Assembly: GCF_004010195.1 (NCBI RefSeq)
Contig: NC_057719.1
Coordinates: 24,747,854-24,806,364, forward strand
DNA: 58,511 nucleotides
Source: Chiloscyllium plagiosum
Lineage: Eukaryota
Reading direction: 5' to 3'
A program made the translations under genes and the position numbers. Under the pieces are notes generated by a model. It had not been told where the DNA came from, did no database searches, and worked only from the letters and a program-made list of their open reading frames with translations. Positions 23,306 through 36,858 of this stretch are shown in pieces (the stretch's first letter is position 1; every line of letters begins with the position of its first letter).

Positions 23306-24673
23306 CTGCAAAACAATTTTGTACCAGGAATATAACTTTTTTTACTCTCTCTGAGCTTTACAACTGCAAACCATCATGACAAACTGAGCTGAATCTTAGT
23401 ATTAAATACTGATCATTTAAAATTAGCTAATAAGTTCTGGTTATTATTTGACTGTGAAATTTAATTACAGTTTCTTTATAATTCTTCATGCTGTCAGCAC
23501 TAAATACAAAATACTTAAACACTATTCACAAAGGTTAAAAAGGTTAAACTGAGACACTGAATGTCTTCCACATACATAATGTTCTTTCACAAATTTCCAT
23601 ATACAATTAAAGGGGTTAATGTAAAAACATTACTTTTAAGTAAAACTGTTCAATTGCAAGATTATTTGGAACAGCTTAAAACACATAGAGAGCAGTCATT
23701 AACTTCCTTATTTAATGAATAAAGAGGGATCTTCCTGATTCAGTTTGTTAAGAAATTAGCATTTGGAGTTTGAGGTAAATAATTTGATTAATCTCTTGTT
23801 CATTTGTGCATCAAATTTACCAAAATTTAAAACAAAAGTTTTGTAAAATGAATGAAGAAAACTAATTAAAACATTTCTTAACATCTTCCAAATTTTTGTT
23901 TCTCTTCTGAAAGGCACTAACTTATCTGTTTGGGGTTGCTGCTTTGTTTTATTCAATGTTTTCCAGTGCCCCACTGACGTGGTAATTTGTCAGATATAAG
24001 CTGTAGTGGTGACTGACAGCAGGTTACTTGCCCCAGAAGTCAATAAAGCAAGACACAATTCAGTGCCCACATGGTTAAATTTTCCAACAGCAGTTCCTCA
24101 ATCATGATCAGGAGCAGGAACTATGCTTAATTTTCTATCTTCCCCTCTCAGGAACTTAACTACAAGGTATGGGAAAAATTACCCACTCACATCAGGCTTT
24201 ATGTGCAGGGCAAGCTCAACACATAAAGCTGAAATTTACACTGATCAGGAGAACATATGTGAAGTTCACCCTCGGCATCCATAGATTGTTTTTAAATCCA
24301 CCAAATTATTAAATTATCATCTTTTGATAACTTTGAAATTGCAGACAATGAAGCCTGTTATTTTAGAATCCTATCCAGAACATTATAGACGCACACACTC
24401 TCACACACACACACACTCGTACACACACCTTGTGTGGCTCTATATACTCACACATGCTTTCTGTCTTATTTTCACAAAATACAGACTCACCCTTGGGTAT
24501 TCTATGAAAATTTGAAACCAAACATACTAGTTCCATTAAGATATTCTACAACTTGTTGCTCTACATTTTTCTTCACATAAACTGATGGATTAGAACTCTG
24601 AACTGCATGTCACAAGTGAACTATTTACTTAAGACGTTGCTAAGACTGTACATTATTTGAAGTTAGATTACAA

Positions 24674-25591
24674 TGTTATGGAACAGATCAACCCCCCCCA
24701 AAATATACTAAGAAGATAGTCTAGACCCTAATTTTCTTACTTTAAAAGTAAGTGTAAGGTATTGCCTTCCAGATACAATTTGATTGGTCAAACTTCTCAA
24801 GTTTAAGCAAAACACACTTAATTTTTACACTACAGTTAAAATACAGACAAAATAAAAAGAAAAGAATTGGCTTAATTTTAGCTCTTTAGAAATGCTTAAC
24901 AAAATAATATATGTATATATTAATTACTACTAATTAACCGGGTGGCACAGTTGTTAGCACTGCTGCCTCACAGCACCAGAGACACGGGTTCAATTCCTGC
25001 CTCAGGCGACTGACTGTGTGGAGTTTGCACATTCTCCCTGTGTCTGCGTGGGTTTCCTCCCACAGTCCAAAGATGTGCAGGTCAGGTGAATTGGCCATGC
25101 TAAATTGCCCGTACTGTTAGGTGAAAGAGTAAATGTAGGGGTATGGGTGGGTTGCGGGTCGGTGTGGACTCGCTGGGCTGAAGGGCCTGTTTCCACACTG
25201 TAAGTAATCTAATCTAAACTGTTCCAGTATAGTAATCTCCCATCAACACACCTTTCGCAAAGGCAAATTCAATAGATTGTCTCATATGCAATTCTGGCAG
25301 CAGGAAGAGAACCACAGTTTTTAGCTGTAACAGAGAAAGGAATAAGCATTCCCACATCCAGTTTCAAGACCTCAGGAACTGGAGAAAGCTAAGACTCAAA
25401 ACTTGAGTACTGTGGGAGCTTGATCCCATTGATTGAGGCTGCTTCTATTGTTCCAACATTTCAAAAAAGCCCCAAGGCCTCACAAGCTGTTTACTCTATT
25501 GGCTTTGAGCGGACTGCTTGTAACCTTTGTCTCAAACTTTCTTCAATAAAAAAAGACAAAATATACCTCTTAAAGCAATAGTATCACCACA
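24674..25591. mobile_element. Probable solo LTR (about 640 bp without the nested SINE)
   Basis: Termini TGTTA...CCACA (TG..CA), no coding capacity, LTR-like length; no clean TSD seen. Confidence 0.45.
24940..25217 (+). mobile_element. tRNA-derived V-SINE (HE1-like) nested in the probable LTR
   Basis: A box ggtggcacagttgttagc, B box gggttcaattcc, V-domain gtgtggagtttgcacattctcc..gtctgcgtgggtttcc, CR1-like tail and (taatc)n. Confidence 0.92.
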
Positions 25592-25736
25592 GTGAGTAAC
25601 TGATGAAAATATAAATATGTAATAATACATTGTCCAAATGGCAGAAATAAATTTGCACTGATTAGCATCAGATATCTAGGAGCTAGTCATCTACTTGTCC
25701 TCCCAGTTAAATTCTAGCAAGATGCAGGAAGATCTG

Positions 25737-27100
25737 TAAGACTATAAGACCTTAAGACAAAGGAGTGGAAGTAAGGCCATTCGGCCCATCGAGTGCTGAT
25801 GGGCTGATGGGCATTTCAACTCCACTTACCCGCATTCTCCCCGTAGCCCTTAATTCCTTGTGACATCAAGAATGTATCAATCTCTGCCTTGAAGACATTT
25901 AGCATCCCAGCCTCCACTGCACTCTGTGGCAATGAATTCCACAGGCCCACCATTCTCTGGCTGAAGAAATGTCTCCGCATTTCTGTTCTGAATTTACCCC
26001 CTCTAATTCTAAGGCTGTGTCCACAGGTCCTAGTCTCCTCGCCTAACGGAAACAATTTCCTAGCGTCCACCCTCTCCAAGCCATGTATTATCTTGTAAGG
26101 TTCTATTAGATCTCCCTTAATCTTCTAAACTCCAATGAATACAATCCCAGGATCCTCAGCCGTTGCTAATATGTTAGACCTACCATTCCAGGGATCATCC
26201 GTGTGAATCTCCGCTGGACACGCTCCAGTGCCAGTATGTCCTTCCTGAGGTGTGGGGACCAAAACTGGACACAGTACTCCAAATGGGGCCTAACCATAGC
26301 TTTATAAAGTCTCAGTAGCACAACGGTGCTTTTATATTCCAACCCTCTTGAGATAAATGACAACATTGCATTCGCTTTCTTAATCACAGACTCAACCTGC
26401 ATGTTTACCTTTAGAGAATCCTCAACTAGCACTCCCAGATCCCTTTTTACTTTGGCTTTACGAATTTTCTCACCGTTTAGAAAGTAGTCCATGCTTGTAT
26501 TCTTTTTTCCAAAGTGCAAGACCTCGCATTTGCTCACATTGAATTCCATCAGCCATTTCCTGGACCACTCTTCCAAACTGTCTAGATCCTTCTGCAGCCT
26601 CCCCACTTCCTCAGTACTACCTGCCTGTCCACCTAATTTTGTATCATCGGCAAACTTCGCTAGAATGCCCCCAGTCCCTTCATCCAGATCATTAATATAT
26701 AATGTGAACAGCTGCGGCCCCAACACTGAACCCTGTGGGACACCGCTTGTCACTGACTGCCATTCTGAAAAAGAACCTTTTATCCCAACTCTCTGCCTTC
26801 TGTCAGACGGCCAATCCTCAATCCATATGAGTAGCTCACCTCGAACACCATGGGCCCTCACCTTGCTCAGCAGCCTCCCGTGTGGCACCTTATCAAAGGC
26901 CTTTTGGAAGTCTAGATAGACCACATCCACTGGGTTTCCCTGGTATAACCTACTTGTCACCTCTTCAAAGAATTCCAACAGGTTTGTCAGGCACGACCTC
27001 CCCTTACTAACTCCATTTGACTTGTTCTAATCCGACCCTGGTCTTCCAAGAATTTAGAAACCTCATCCTTAATGGTGGATTCTAGAATTTTACCAACAAT
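25737..27100 (-). mobile_element. Young CR1 (third family), RT domain to 3' UTR
   Basis: 270-aa ORF with YLDFQKAFDKVPH, SGVPQGSVLGPQLF, KFADDTKLGG, RPHLEYCVQFWSP. Confidence 0.95.
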
Positions 27101-29629
27101 TTTACCTATAAAAGGCTCTAGGAGGAAAAAATATTAGAATATTGAACTTTCTCAAAAATGTTTGTTAAATAAATTGAAAATACAAATAATTTATATTTTT
27201 AAATTTGCTTGGCTTCCATTCTAATGTTGTAAAGTTAGTTTTCAATTGTCATTATTGAACTGCATATTAATGCAAGAGTTAAGGAAGTATTCCTGTGCTG
27301 ATTTTGTGGAAATTGTTGTGATTTTACCAGAGTTTTTAAGTTCCAATTTGATTATTTGTCTAAACATAAATGGCAAGAAAACCTGGTCCTGCTTTTTTTT
27401 GTTGCAGTCCAGACCCAGGGGTGCAAAGTTTGGAGAACTCCCAGCTTCACAAACTGGGAAAAAGTTACCTGAAGTTGAAATTTCATTCCACATTTTAGGG
27501 AGTCATAGTGGGCCACTCCAGAAAGCATGTGGAGTCTGTGAAATGCAGAAGCAGGCTCGTCAGAAGGCCTGCCTCTGTGGACTGGCACTAGATCAAAGAT
27601 ATGAAACAAAATCAAACAAAAAGCAACCCTTCAGCACTCACTTCTCACCCTCCAGACAATCTCTACACTCCTTCCCCTGCCAACCAATGTCAACTATTGC
27701 CCTCCACCCATCAACCATGGTCCATCAGATCCTCTAATGCTAACCTAACCCTTCAATCCACTCTCATGGCCCATCATACGCTCTACACAATGATTGTCCC
27801 TCACCCAAGGCTCTTTATACTCTTTGTGTCAACTGAATGCTAACTTATACCATCCCATGCCCCACTAGCCTTTATACGTACCATGCCAACTAACCCAGTA
27901 TTCACCATAAGCAAAACTCAACATCAATGCTGAGATGAGATAATGATGAGATAATAGTGTCTATTGAAGGATTCATTATTTTAAGAAAATAACATCTTTC
28001 ATTTAAAAACCCCATTCATCGCAGTTTAATTTATAAAAATAAGTATCCACTTGAAGTTATTAATCATGCTACCAAAAAAACAGCTACTCCGCTGTGATAA
28101 TCCAAGTTTGAGAAATTCAGTCATGTAGCACTACACCTCTCATAATGACCCCATTGTGTAAACAGACAGAATAAAACACCAAAGTATATTTTGGAATATT
28201 GCAAAGACATTTTTCTTTAAGATTTAAGGGGCAGGAGTGTTGACTGCCTTGTCAGTGCCCCAGCTCCTTTTGACAGTTCTCTTGAAAGATCAATATGTTT
28301 ATGCACATTTCTACTTTTCACGATCCCAAAGGGCACCATATACAAAAGGGTACCTTGTCATCTTGAGACCTTATTCTACCAGCTCTAAAGTGTACAAGTT
28401 GTGTTTGGCCACCCTCCTAACAAAAATAAAATCAGCCTGATGTTAGGTGTGCAAACCTCAACTTATTCCCTTCCTTCCCTCATGCTCATGAAAATAATAG
28501 AAGTCCTTTTTAAAAATGAGACTTCCAAATTCAGGTAACTGGTGCCTATTATGTAACAACAGAAGGACTCTATACTCTTATAAAACTTCAGTTCCAATTG
28601 TTCAAAAAATTTCAAAATTATCTTGTATATAGAACAAACATGATTTTAAATGTGGCAAAAAGATTACCTACTTAAAAATGGTTCAAATTTAAGTTTAATT
28701 GTCCTTTTTAAATATATCTTTTGTCGTATCTAATAATTTGATCTTGTGTAATCAGCTATGTAACCAGAAACCTATGAGTAAAATTATTTTGCCTTTTATT
28801 ATCCTGATCTCAAACTATCCAATATTAAGACCTGAGAGTTGATCAGCTGAATATACATATTGCACATTACTGCATATGTTAAAAATAACTTGCTTGAAAA
28901 TGCCAAATATGAAACAGAACATGAAATGTAATATGTTATTCCCATCTTCATGTTAGACATATGCACAGATAATAATCTTGTTTAAAATTGATCTGAGAGA
29001 ACAGAATAATCATGAGTTTCGCTAGAAGTGGAAATGGTCCACATCTATATCCTGGGTAATTGGAATGAGTTGATTTGCAATGTATGGTCATTAATTGCTC
29101 TTGAAGGGAATGGTAACTACTTATTTGGAAGTATGATGGTATGGAATATTGCTAATTTGAAGAGACACAATTGTTAATTTATCTAGGAATGATCACTCAT
29201 TGTTGAGGTGGGTCAGGTCATTAGTTTATTTGTTAAAGTAAGTATATAAGAATTTGTGTCTTGGAAATGACATCCCATGCTGACCACACTGTGAAACAAA
29301 AATTAGTGGTCCTAATACCCAACCTTGATGCGAAAAACTGTTTAGAAAGGAAATGGACAAATAAGTCTGTACACCTTCTGCATATACTTTAATATTAAAT
29401 ATTAATATTAAAATTATACAGTGTATGGTTTTTCAAATTGATTATAGTGTCATGGACTTTTCTGTTGTTGCTTTTCTATAAAATCACAAAAAATATTTTC
29501 TTACACATACTTTCCTTTAAGTGATTCAGTTTTGCAGTTCTCAAACTATCAACATCCTGGTGGGGGGAGGGTGGGGGGTCACCACTGGCCAGAAACTGAA
29601 CAGGACTAGCTACACCCTGAGTTACAAAG

Positions 29630-30178
29630 GCAGAGAGTTTTGAAGGGTGTAACTCCTCCTAACATCCCAAATTCTGTCCATGGTCTAAAGGTACAAGCCA
29701 GAAGTGTGAACAAAAACTCTCCATTTCCCAGGATGGCTGCAGTTCCAACAACTCCATAAAAGTTCAACTCTTTTCTGGTCTAGTCATGAACTCAATCATC
29801 ACCACATGACACTTAACTCTATCCATTTTCACCAACATTCCCTCCTTCCATTCTGGAGATGCACAATGTCAGCAGCACGTACCATATACAAGGCTCTTTT
29901 CTCAGTATCTCCCAAATGCACAACCTCTACCACCTAGAAAGACAACAGGACCAGGAGCATGGGAACACCATCATGTAAAAGGTCCCCTCCACTCACATAC
30001 CATTCTGACTTGGAGTTATACCACTGTTCCTTTATCATCATGGGATTAAAAACTTGGAACTGTTTTCCCAGCAGTACTGTGGGTTAGCCACATGAACTGC
30101 AGTGGCTAAAATGGATAATTATGGATGGGTGCCAACTACTGCCAATTATACCAATATCCCATGAAATAATAAAAAAAT
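29630..30178 (+). mobile_element. Old LINE 3' fragment (same CR1/L2-group family as 9745-10220)
   Basis: Degenerate YKAQVRS..EYSP..W..AVPTT, ctctaccacctagaaagaca..gcatgggaacacca, A-rich end. Confidence 0.6.
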
Positions 30179-30714
30179 TACAAGAAGGCCTAGATACAGC
30201 GGGGGGAATTTTAACAACTGGGTAATTCAGGGAATACATTGGTCCTGTTGAATTTGGGTCTATATCGAGAGTGGGAGATTTTCAAGGGCTGATTTCTTTC
30301 TCTAGTTTGGTCTTCCTTTAACATGGAAAGTAATTTTTAATTAATTGCTAAATTAAATGCAGTCTTAAAACAAGGGTGTTCAGGCTCTCTGTTAATAGCT
30401 CCAGCTAAATAACAAGGTTGCTAGTTAAAACTGATTTTCAGAAGCTTGAATTCAGTTGTTTTTGAGACAGCATAAAACAGGGCCTTCCTTTACGCTAGCT
30501 CACCTGTAATAAATACTGTTTTGGATGCAAAGAATGTAAAGTGGAAGTTTACTTTAGTGAGGGAGCTCAGTGAAGTGGATTATAGGTGCTTCTTTCTTTA
30601 TCTACCTTATTCTACTGTCAATAATTGGCTTACTTTGTTACAAGGGAATTAGCTTACTTGTGTAACTGGCAAGTTATTCCACTTATTCTAATTTTAATTA
30701 TCAGTTTTTAAATT

Positions 30715-31520
30715 TATGCTATGCCAAGTGGATTTCCTGCACTATGTTGGAAGTCTGGACACACCATGTATCCTAGGTGAACACATCTGCAGTGTCACCA
30801 GCTGTACAAGCTTGAGCTTTGGAATTGGGAACTCGTGTGGTGGCTAGAGACACTATTGTCATCACAAATTGGTATGGATAGCACATTTAGGGAGTGGTCA
30901 CACTGCAGGTTAGGAGCATAAAGGTGCAGAGGGAATGGGTGTCCTCTAAGCAGCAGAGGGAACCAGGCAGATAGTGCAGGAATCCTGTGAGCCTTGTAGC
31001 TTGCCAACTGAGTTTCCGTTTTGGATAATGTTGAGGCCAATGGTTCCTCTTGCGACTGCAGCCAGAGTGATGGCTGTAACATCAATGGTATCTCAATTTT
31101 ACAGCAGGGAAGGAAGAAGAATGCAACAGCAATAGTGACAGGGGATTCAGACAGGCACTTTTACTGCAGTAAACCTGAGGATTTAGGGTGTTACAAAGCA
31201 GCTACTGGACATCTTTCTGGAGATGGAAATTTAACAAGCAAGATAATGTTCTGAAAGCAGACTTTATGTAATTAGGAAAGTGATTCAAAAAGGACATCAA
31301 GTAGTAATTTCTGGTTTATAGTAATAGGAATAACATGATTAGACAATTAAACATTTGACTGCAGAAATGGCACAGAAGGGGAGGGCATTCAATTTCTGAG
31401 GCTTTTGGATGGATCTGGGGTGGGAACTGTACAAATTGGACAGATTACAATTTAACAGGACTGGGACTGATAATCTCAGAAGAAGTTTAATAGTGCTGTT
31501 GGGGAGGGTTTAAACAAGTT
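30715..31520 (+). mobile_element. Degraded CR1 ORF1 (Cys-rich N-terminus and esterase)
   Basis: SCTMLEV..HICS..QL, AIVTGDS, LYKLDRLQFNRTG...AVGEGLN. Confidence 0.65.
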
Positions 31521-31559
31521 TGCCACCATAGTGGGACCTGAGGGGCTTTTTTTTTATTT

Positions 31560-32790
31560 ACCCAGAGGACTTGGCCATCATCACGCCAGCCAGCATTTAT
31601 TGCCCACTCCTACTTGCCTTTCAGAAGCTGGTGATGAGCTTCATTCTTGAACTGCCGCAGCCTATGTGCTGTAGGAAAACCCACAATGCCCTGAGGGAGG
31701 GATTTCCAGGATTTTGACCCAGTGGGAGTGCAACGACATTGTTGTTGAAGTGCACCAATCCAGGTAAATGGGGAGTACTCCATTACAGTCATCACTTGGG
31801 CCTTGTAGATGGTGGACAGGCTTTGGGATTCAGGAATTCAGTTACTTGCTGTATTTGAACGTGGAGTGCTACAGTATCTGAGGAACTGCAAACGGTGCTG
31901 AGCATTGTGCAATCATTGGCAAACATCCCTGCTTCTGACCTTATGGTGGAGGGAAGGTTGTTGATGAAACAGATGAAGATGGTTGGGACTAGGACACTAC
32001 TCTAAGGAACTAGTGCAGAGATGCCCTGGAACTGAGATGACTGACTTCCTACAACCACAACCATCTTCCTACGTACCAGGTATGACACCTATCACTGGAG
32101 AGTTTGCCTCCAAGTATCCATTGATTCCAGTTTTGCTAGGGCTGCTTAATGTCATACTTGATCAGATGGGGCCATGATGGCAAGGACTGTCACTCTCAAA
32201 TCACGCTGGAATTTAGTTCTTTTGTCGGTGTTTGAACCAAGGCTGTAATGAGGTTCAGCGCTAAGTGGCCCTGGCTGAAACCAAATTGGATGTGGCTGAG
32301 CAGGTTATTGCTGAGCAGGTACTGCTTGATAGCACTGTTGTTGACACCTTCCATCAGTTTGATGATGAAAAGTAAACTGCTGGAGTGGAAATTGTTCAGG
32401 ATGAGGTCAAGTATGTTTTACCTTCATGTTGGTCTCCTCACCACCTGCTACAGACCCAGTCCAGCAGTTATGCCCTTAAGGACCTGACCAGCTGCTGCTG
32501 AGTCATTCTTGGTGGTAGACATTGAAATTCTCCATCCAGAGTACATGTTGTGTCCTTGCCACCCTCAGTGCTTCTGCTAAGTGTTATTCAAGTGTGATTC
32601 ATCAGCCAAGGGTGGATGGTATATGGTAATCAGCAGAAGGTTTCCTTGCCCACGTTTAATCTGAAGTCATGAGTCTTCATAGTGTTCAGAATCAATGTGA
32701 CTTCATAGGATCCAGAGTCAATGTTGAGGACTCCCAGGGCAACCCATTACTGATTAGTTGACATCTCTGCTGGGTCTGTTCTGCCCAGTG
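31560..32790 (-). mobile_element. Degraded, internally deleted LINE (CR1/L2 group)
   Basis: Tail ccagcatttattgccc; VMEYSPFTWIGA, WKSLPQGIVG, QFGFSQGH and endonuclease remnants. Confidence 0.7.
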
Positions 32791-33085
32791 GGACTCAGAA
32801 TAAAGGAGTACCAATTTAAGATTGAGATGAGAAGGAATTTCTTCTCTCAGGGGGTTGAGTGTCTTTGGAATGCCTTGCCACACAGAAGTGTGGGGGCAGG
32901 TTCCTTGTGCATATTTAAGGCTGAGATAGATAGATCCTTGTTCAGTAGAGAAATGAAAGGTTATCAGGGGAGGGCAGGAAAGTGGACGTAAGGAAAGTGG
33001 ACATAAGGAATGTAGGATCAGCCACAAATCTATTGAGAGGCGTAGTAGGTTCAAGGGGCTAAACATCTTATTTCTTATGGTCTTA
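32790..33085 (+). mobile_element. CR1 3' fragment
   Basis: LRIKEYQFKIEMRRNFFSQGV..WNALP..FKAEIDR; tail ttcttatggtctta. Confidence 0.85.
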
Positions 33086-33756
33086 AAGGTATAGTAGTTT
33101 GGAGGGTGTTACAGTAAAAAATTAATTTGATTAATCTTTCTCCATTTCTCATCCAGTAACTGGGCAGTTTGAAGGCTAGTATGGTGCTGGATAATCAGGT
33201 ACTTGGTGGATAACCATAACTGGTAACTGGAGAGGAGGGAGGGAGGGAGGGATTGTTGTGGTGGGAGTGTGGAGTTGGTTGTAGGATGATCACCAATGGA
33301 TCGTGGGAAGATTAGCAGTGGCTTCTTGTTGCGGAGGGGAGGATTGCTTAAAGTAAGATCTTTCTTTTGCTATAATAAATATGATTAACACCGTAGACCA
33401 AAAAAAGTGCATGCTTTTCTTTTGCCCATGTGACAGCCAGTAGGTGCACTGCTTTCGGGTATTGTGTTCTTAAAACTAAATCGTACAATATTTATTTTGT
33501 AAATATGGCAAGGTTGAATGATTTTGAACACTGCTTTCGAACTTGGCACTTTCAAAGGAGCTGAGGGAATTGCTCCTGTCCTCCTAGCCCCACAATTATT
33601 GCTGGAAAAGCACCCACCTGTTGCAGAAGACAGCTCTAGATCAATTTAGATTCCAGTTTCCTGACCCCAAGAAACACGTCCCACAACCTTGTTTGAATAT
33701 TGTATTTACTGAAGAGCATGGTTATCATCTTCTCTTCATTTGGTTAAACCTGAAAT

Positions 33757-34079
33757 GGGCGGCACGGTGGCACAGTGGTTAGCACTGTTGCCTCACAGCG
33801 CCAGAGACCCGGGTTCAATTCCAGCCTCAGGCGACTGACTGTGTGGAGTTTGCACGTTTCCTGTGTCTGCGTGGGTTTCCTCCGGGTGCTCCGGTTTCCT
33901 CCCACAATCCAAAAATGTGCAGGTTAGGTGAATTGGCCATGCTAAATTGCCTGTCGTGTTAGTTAAGGGGTAAATGTAGGGGTATGGGTAGTTTGCCCTT
34001 CGGCGGGTCGGTGTGGACTTGTTGGGCCGAAGGGCCTGTTTCCATACTGTAATGTAATGTAATGTAATCTAATCTAATG
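33757..34079 (+). mobile_element. Full-length tRNA-derived V-SINE (HE1-like)
   Basis: gggcggcacggtggcacagtggttagcac...gggttcaattcc...gtgggtttcctccgggtgctccggtttcctccca...gggccgaagggcctgtttcc, tail (taatg/taatc)n. Confidence 0.95.
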
Positions 34080-34249
34080 TAGGAAAAAGGGACTGCTCAG
34101 ATGGTTCAAGTTCCACCTGCCCCAGTGAAATGTTATAACATGTCCAAACAGGTTGGTTACAAACTATAGAAAGGGGTTGCCAGGAGTCTGCGATGGGGAT
34201 AGTGGGATGAGACAGAGATGCGTAAGACAGATCCTATGAATAAAGGAGA

Positions 34250-34815
34250 AGATCTTCAAGGTCATCTGGAGCTTTACAGCACTTTGGTTAAGCCACAGCT
34301 GATGAATGTGTGCAGTTTCCGTATCTGCACATATGGGATGGACGTGATGAAACTGAAAGGGGTGTGCAAAATAGACTCACCAAGATGTTGTCTGCGATAG
34401 AGCATTCCAGCTAAAGAGAGAGAGGTTTTCTTTGGCGCAGAGAAGGTTGAGGGGAAACCTGATAGAGGTGTACAACATTATGAGTAGCATGGACTGGGTG
34501 AACAGAAAGCAACTGTTCCCTTTATTTGAAGGATCAAGGGAGCATAATTTTAGAATGAAAGGCAAGAGGTTAAGAGGGGATTTGAGGCAAAGCTTTTTCA
34601 CACTGAGGGTAACGAGGGTCTGGAATACAGTGCCTGGGAAGATACTTAAGGTGGGAACCTCCCAACCTTTAAAAAGTACTTGGATGAGCACTTGAAGTTT
34701 CATGACATTAAAGGCAATGGGCCTACTGTGGGGAAGTGCGACTAATGTAGATAGAAGTACATTTTTGGTAATACAGTGTTGATGGGCTGAAGAGCTTTTC
34801 CATGATTCTATGATC
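34250..34815 (+). mobile_element. Old CR1 3' fragment
   Basis: LYSTLVKPQL, RRLRGNLIEVYNIM, FFTLRVTRVWNTVP. Confidence 0.8.
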
Positions 34816-35643
34816 TGTCATGTTTCCTACTTCACCATCTGGTACGGATCCTTTTAAACAGCTGGGATCAGGGATTCCTCATTTTTAAAAACTTAACAAC
34901 TCTCCCATCTTAAATCCATCTGAGGGAGGGTTGGGGGTGATTTAAAAAACCCATTCCAGTAGCCTGGCAATCAAATATTAGAAAACTATTTCATTTTTGC
35001 AACTATGATATTATTAGGCTGTCTGCTGCCCTTCCTCTCAAATGGGAAATAAGAATTGCTGCTGTTGATCCCTTCACTTGATTCACATACTTGCACAGCA
35101 CAAAATTAAAACTATATTATGCTATCACCAGAGTAACAATCACCAGTGTAAACATACGTTAAACAACAATTTTTGAAATTATACCCTTATTTACTGATAA
35201 CTAGTGATGTTTTTTAATAGCTGCTTTGGAACAAGCATGTAACCAATTCAGTTTCATGATTACGAAACCTCAGAGCAACATAAATATGCGAAAAATGTAA
35301 GGGTGGCATTTTTGTGCAAGATAACAGAATTGTAATTAACATTGCCGCACATATCAAGCCACATATAATATTTCTCACAAGATCACCGGCCCTTTGAGCT
35401 TTTGTTCAGGTTAGTACTTTTATGTTAATTTTACCTTTACATTACGGTAAATCTAATTATCGGTTTACAATTGTGAAAAATTTGGAATCAGTCAACTTTC
35501 AACTGCTGTGCCTTGTCACAAGTTACCTAATCAAAATTTAAAAATAAATTAACCAGGAAACACATGGAATTAACTCATGTTGAAAAAACTTGACTGCAAT
35601 ATATCATTATTCAAATTTGCATATGAGCATCTCAAATTCTTAC

Positions 35644-36858
35644 CAGTGTCTCTTTGATCTCCAATTCTGTCTAGAATGTTGAAGGAAATGTCAAGGTATT
35701 CCCTCTGAATAGCACTAACAGCTATCTTCCTTTGTTTTTTCTGACGTGGAACAATCTGGATTTTGAATTCTGTTTCTTCACCACTATCATCTTTTTGATC
35801 AGTATCTTTATCAGTAGACACCTCTGTGTTTGGTTTTTCACTGTCTTCGATTTCCGAAGGCAGCTTGAGAAATACTGTTTTAACTATGGGACTTGGAAAT
35901 GGGCTTTCAGATTTAATATCATCTCTATGCAAATCATCCGTATCATCTTGTGATATTTCAACCACAGCAGATGATTTCCTGAGGTTTTCTCGTTTCTGTT
36001 TAAGAGTTAGTGGACTTTCACAGCCAGAACACTTAGAATTTTTTTGTGGTGTTAGATTTTCAAAGTCTTTTTCATCTACAAGACCTATTGATAAAATGTT
36101 CTCAGTATCTAGCAAAGAAGTCATACCAAAATCCAGACATTTTGACTCTTTGGAGCAATCTTCAACATTAACTTTTACAACTGGTGTAACATTTAAGCTA
36201 TGTGATGCAGTATTCTGAGAGACCACATTAGTTTTTCCATTTGATTTATTATTAGGGGTATTCTGCATTTCATATTCCTCATCACTCTCTACAATTCTGA
36301 GAGGGGGAAGAGGCACAAAGACCAAAGAATCGCTATCAGAACTTGATAGAATTGATTGCTTCTCAGGAGCAGATGACGAATCAGAAGATAAATCAATCAA
36401 ATCACTTTCTTCTTTATGAAAGCAAAGATGTTTCTCAGGAGATTCAAGTTTTGCCTCAAATGTTTCCGTGCAGCTGAGTCTAACTTCTGGTATTAATGGT
36501 CGTTTCCCTTCTTGAGAGTTTACTGCAGCGGAAATATTTTCCTGATCTTCTCCAATTTCTGCACTGACAGACAAGTCCTGCTCTGGTCTTCCATACATGC
36601 TTGCCAAGTGAGGATAGCAGGAAGGGAAGCTTGCTTGTCGTAATGATTCATACCTATCCAGACATGACTTTCTGCGATGTTCATCTAAGGAGTACAGGAC
36701 AGAATCCGCGTTTCCTATATCAAGTGACTGCTGCTTAATTGCATATAATTTTTTCTTCTGAGCAACTCCCTCTTGCAATTGTGGAGATGTACCACACCGC
36801 ATTATATTGTCTGGCAAAAGGCTGGAATCTCTGTACTCTGACAGCTCTATCTCTGAGC
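35644..36858 (-). CDS. UNC79: UNC79 large exon (1215 bp, phase 1-1), acidic Ser-rich low-complexity region
   Basis: Lies within the 456-aa ORF. Contains SEIELSEYR, KQQSLDIGNADS, IPEVRL, DLIDLSSDS, SDSDSLVFVPLPPLRIVESDEE and EFKIQIVPRQKKQRKIAVSAIQREYLDISFNILD. Acceptor ttccctttag, donor gtaaga. Confidence 0.95.

Noticed and set aside
26166..26978. Intact RT ORF as an active or domesticated gene
   Set aside because: 5'-truncated, no endonuclease or ORF1, premature stop at 26166 before the normal C-terminus.
33757..33830. tRNA gene at SINE heads (also 24940, 13435, 44340)
   Set aside because: A and B boxes continue directly into SINE body and tail; no complete cloverleaf.
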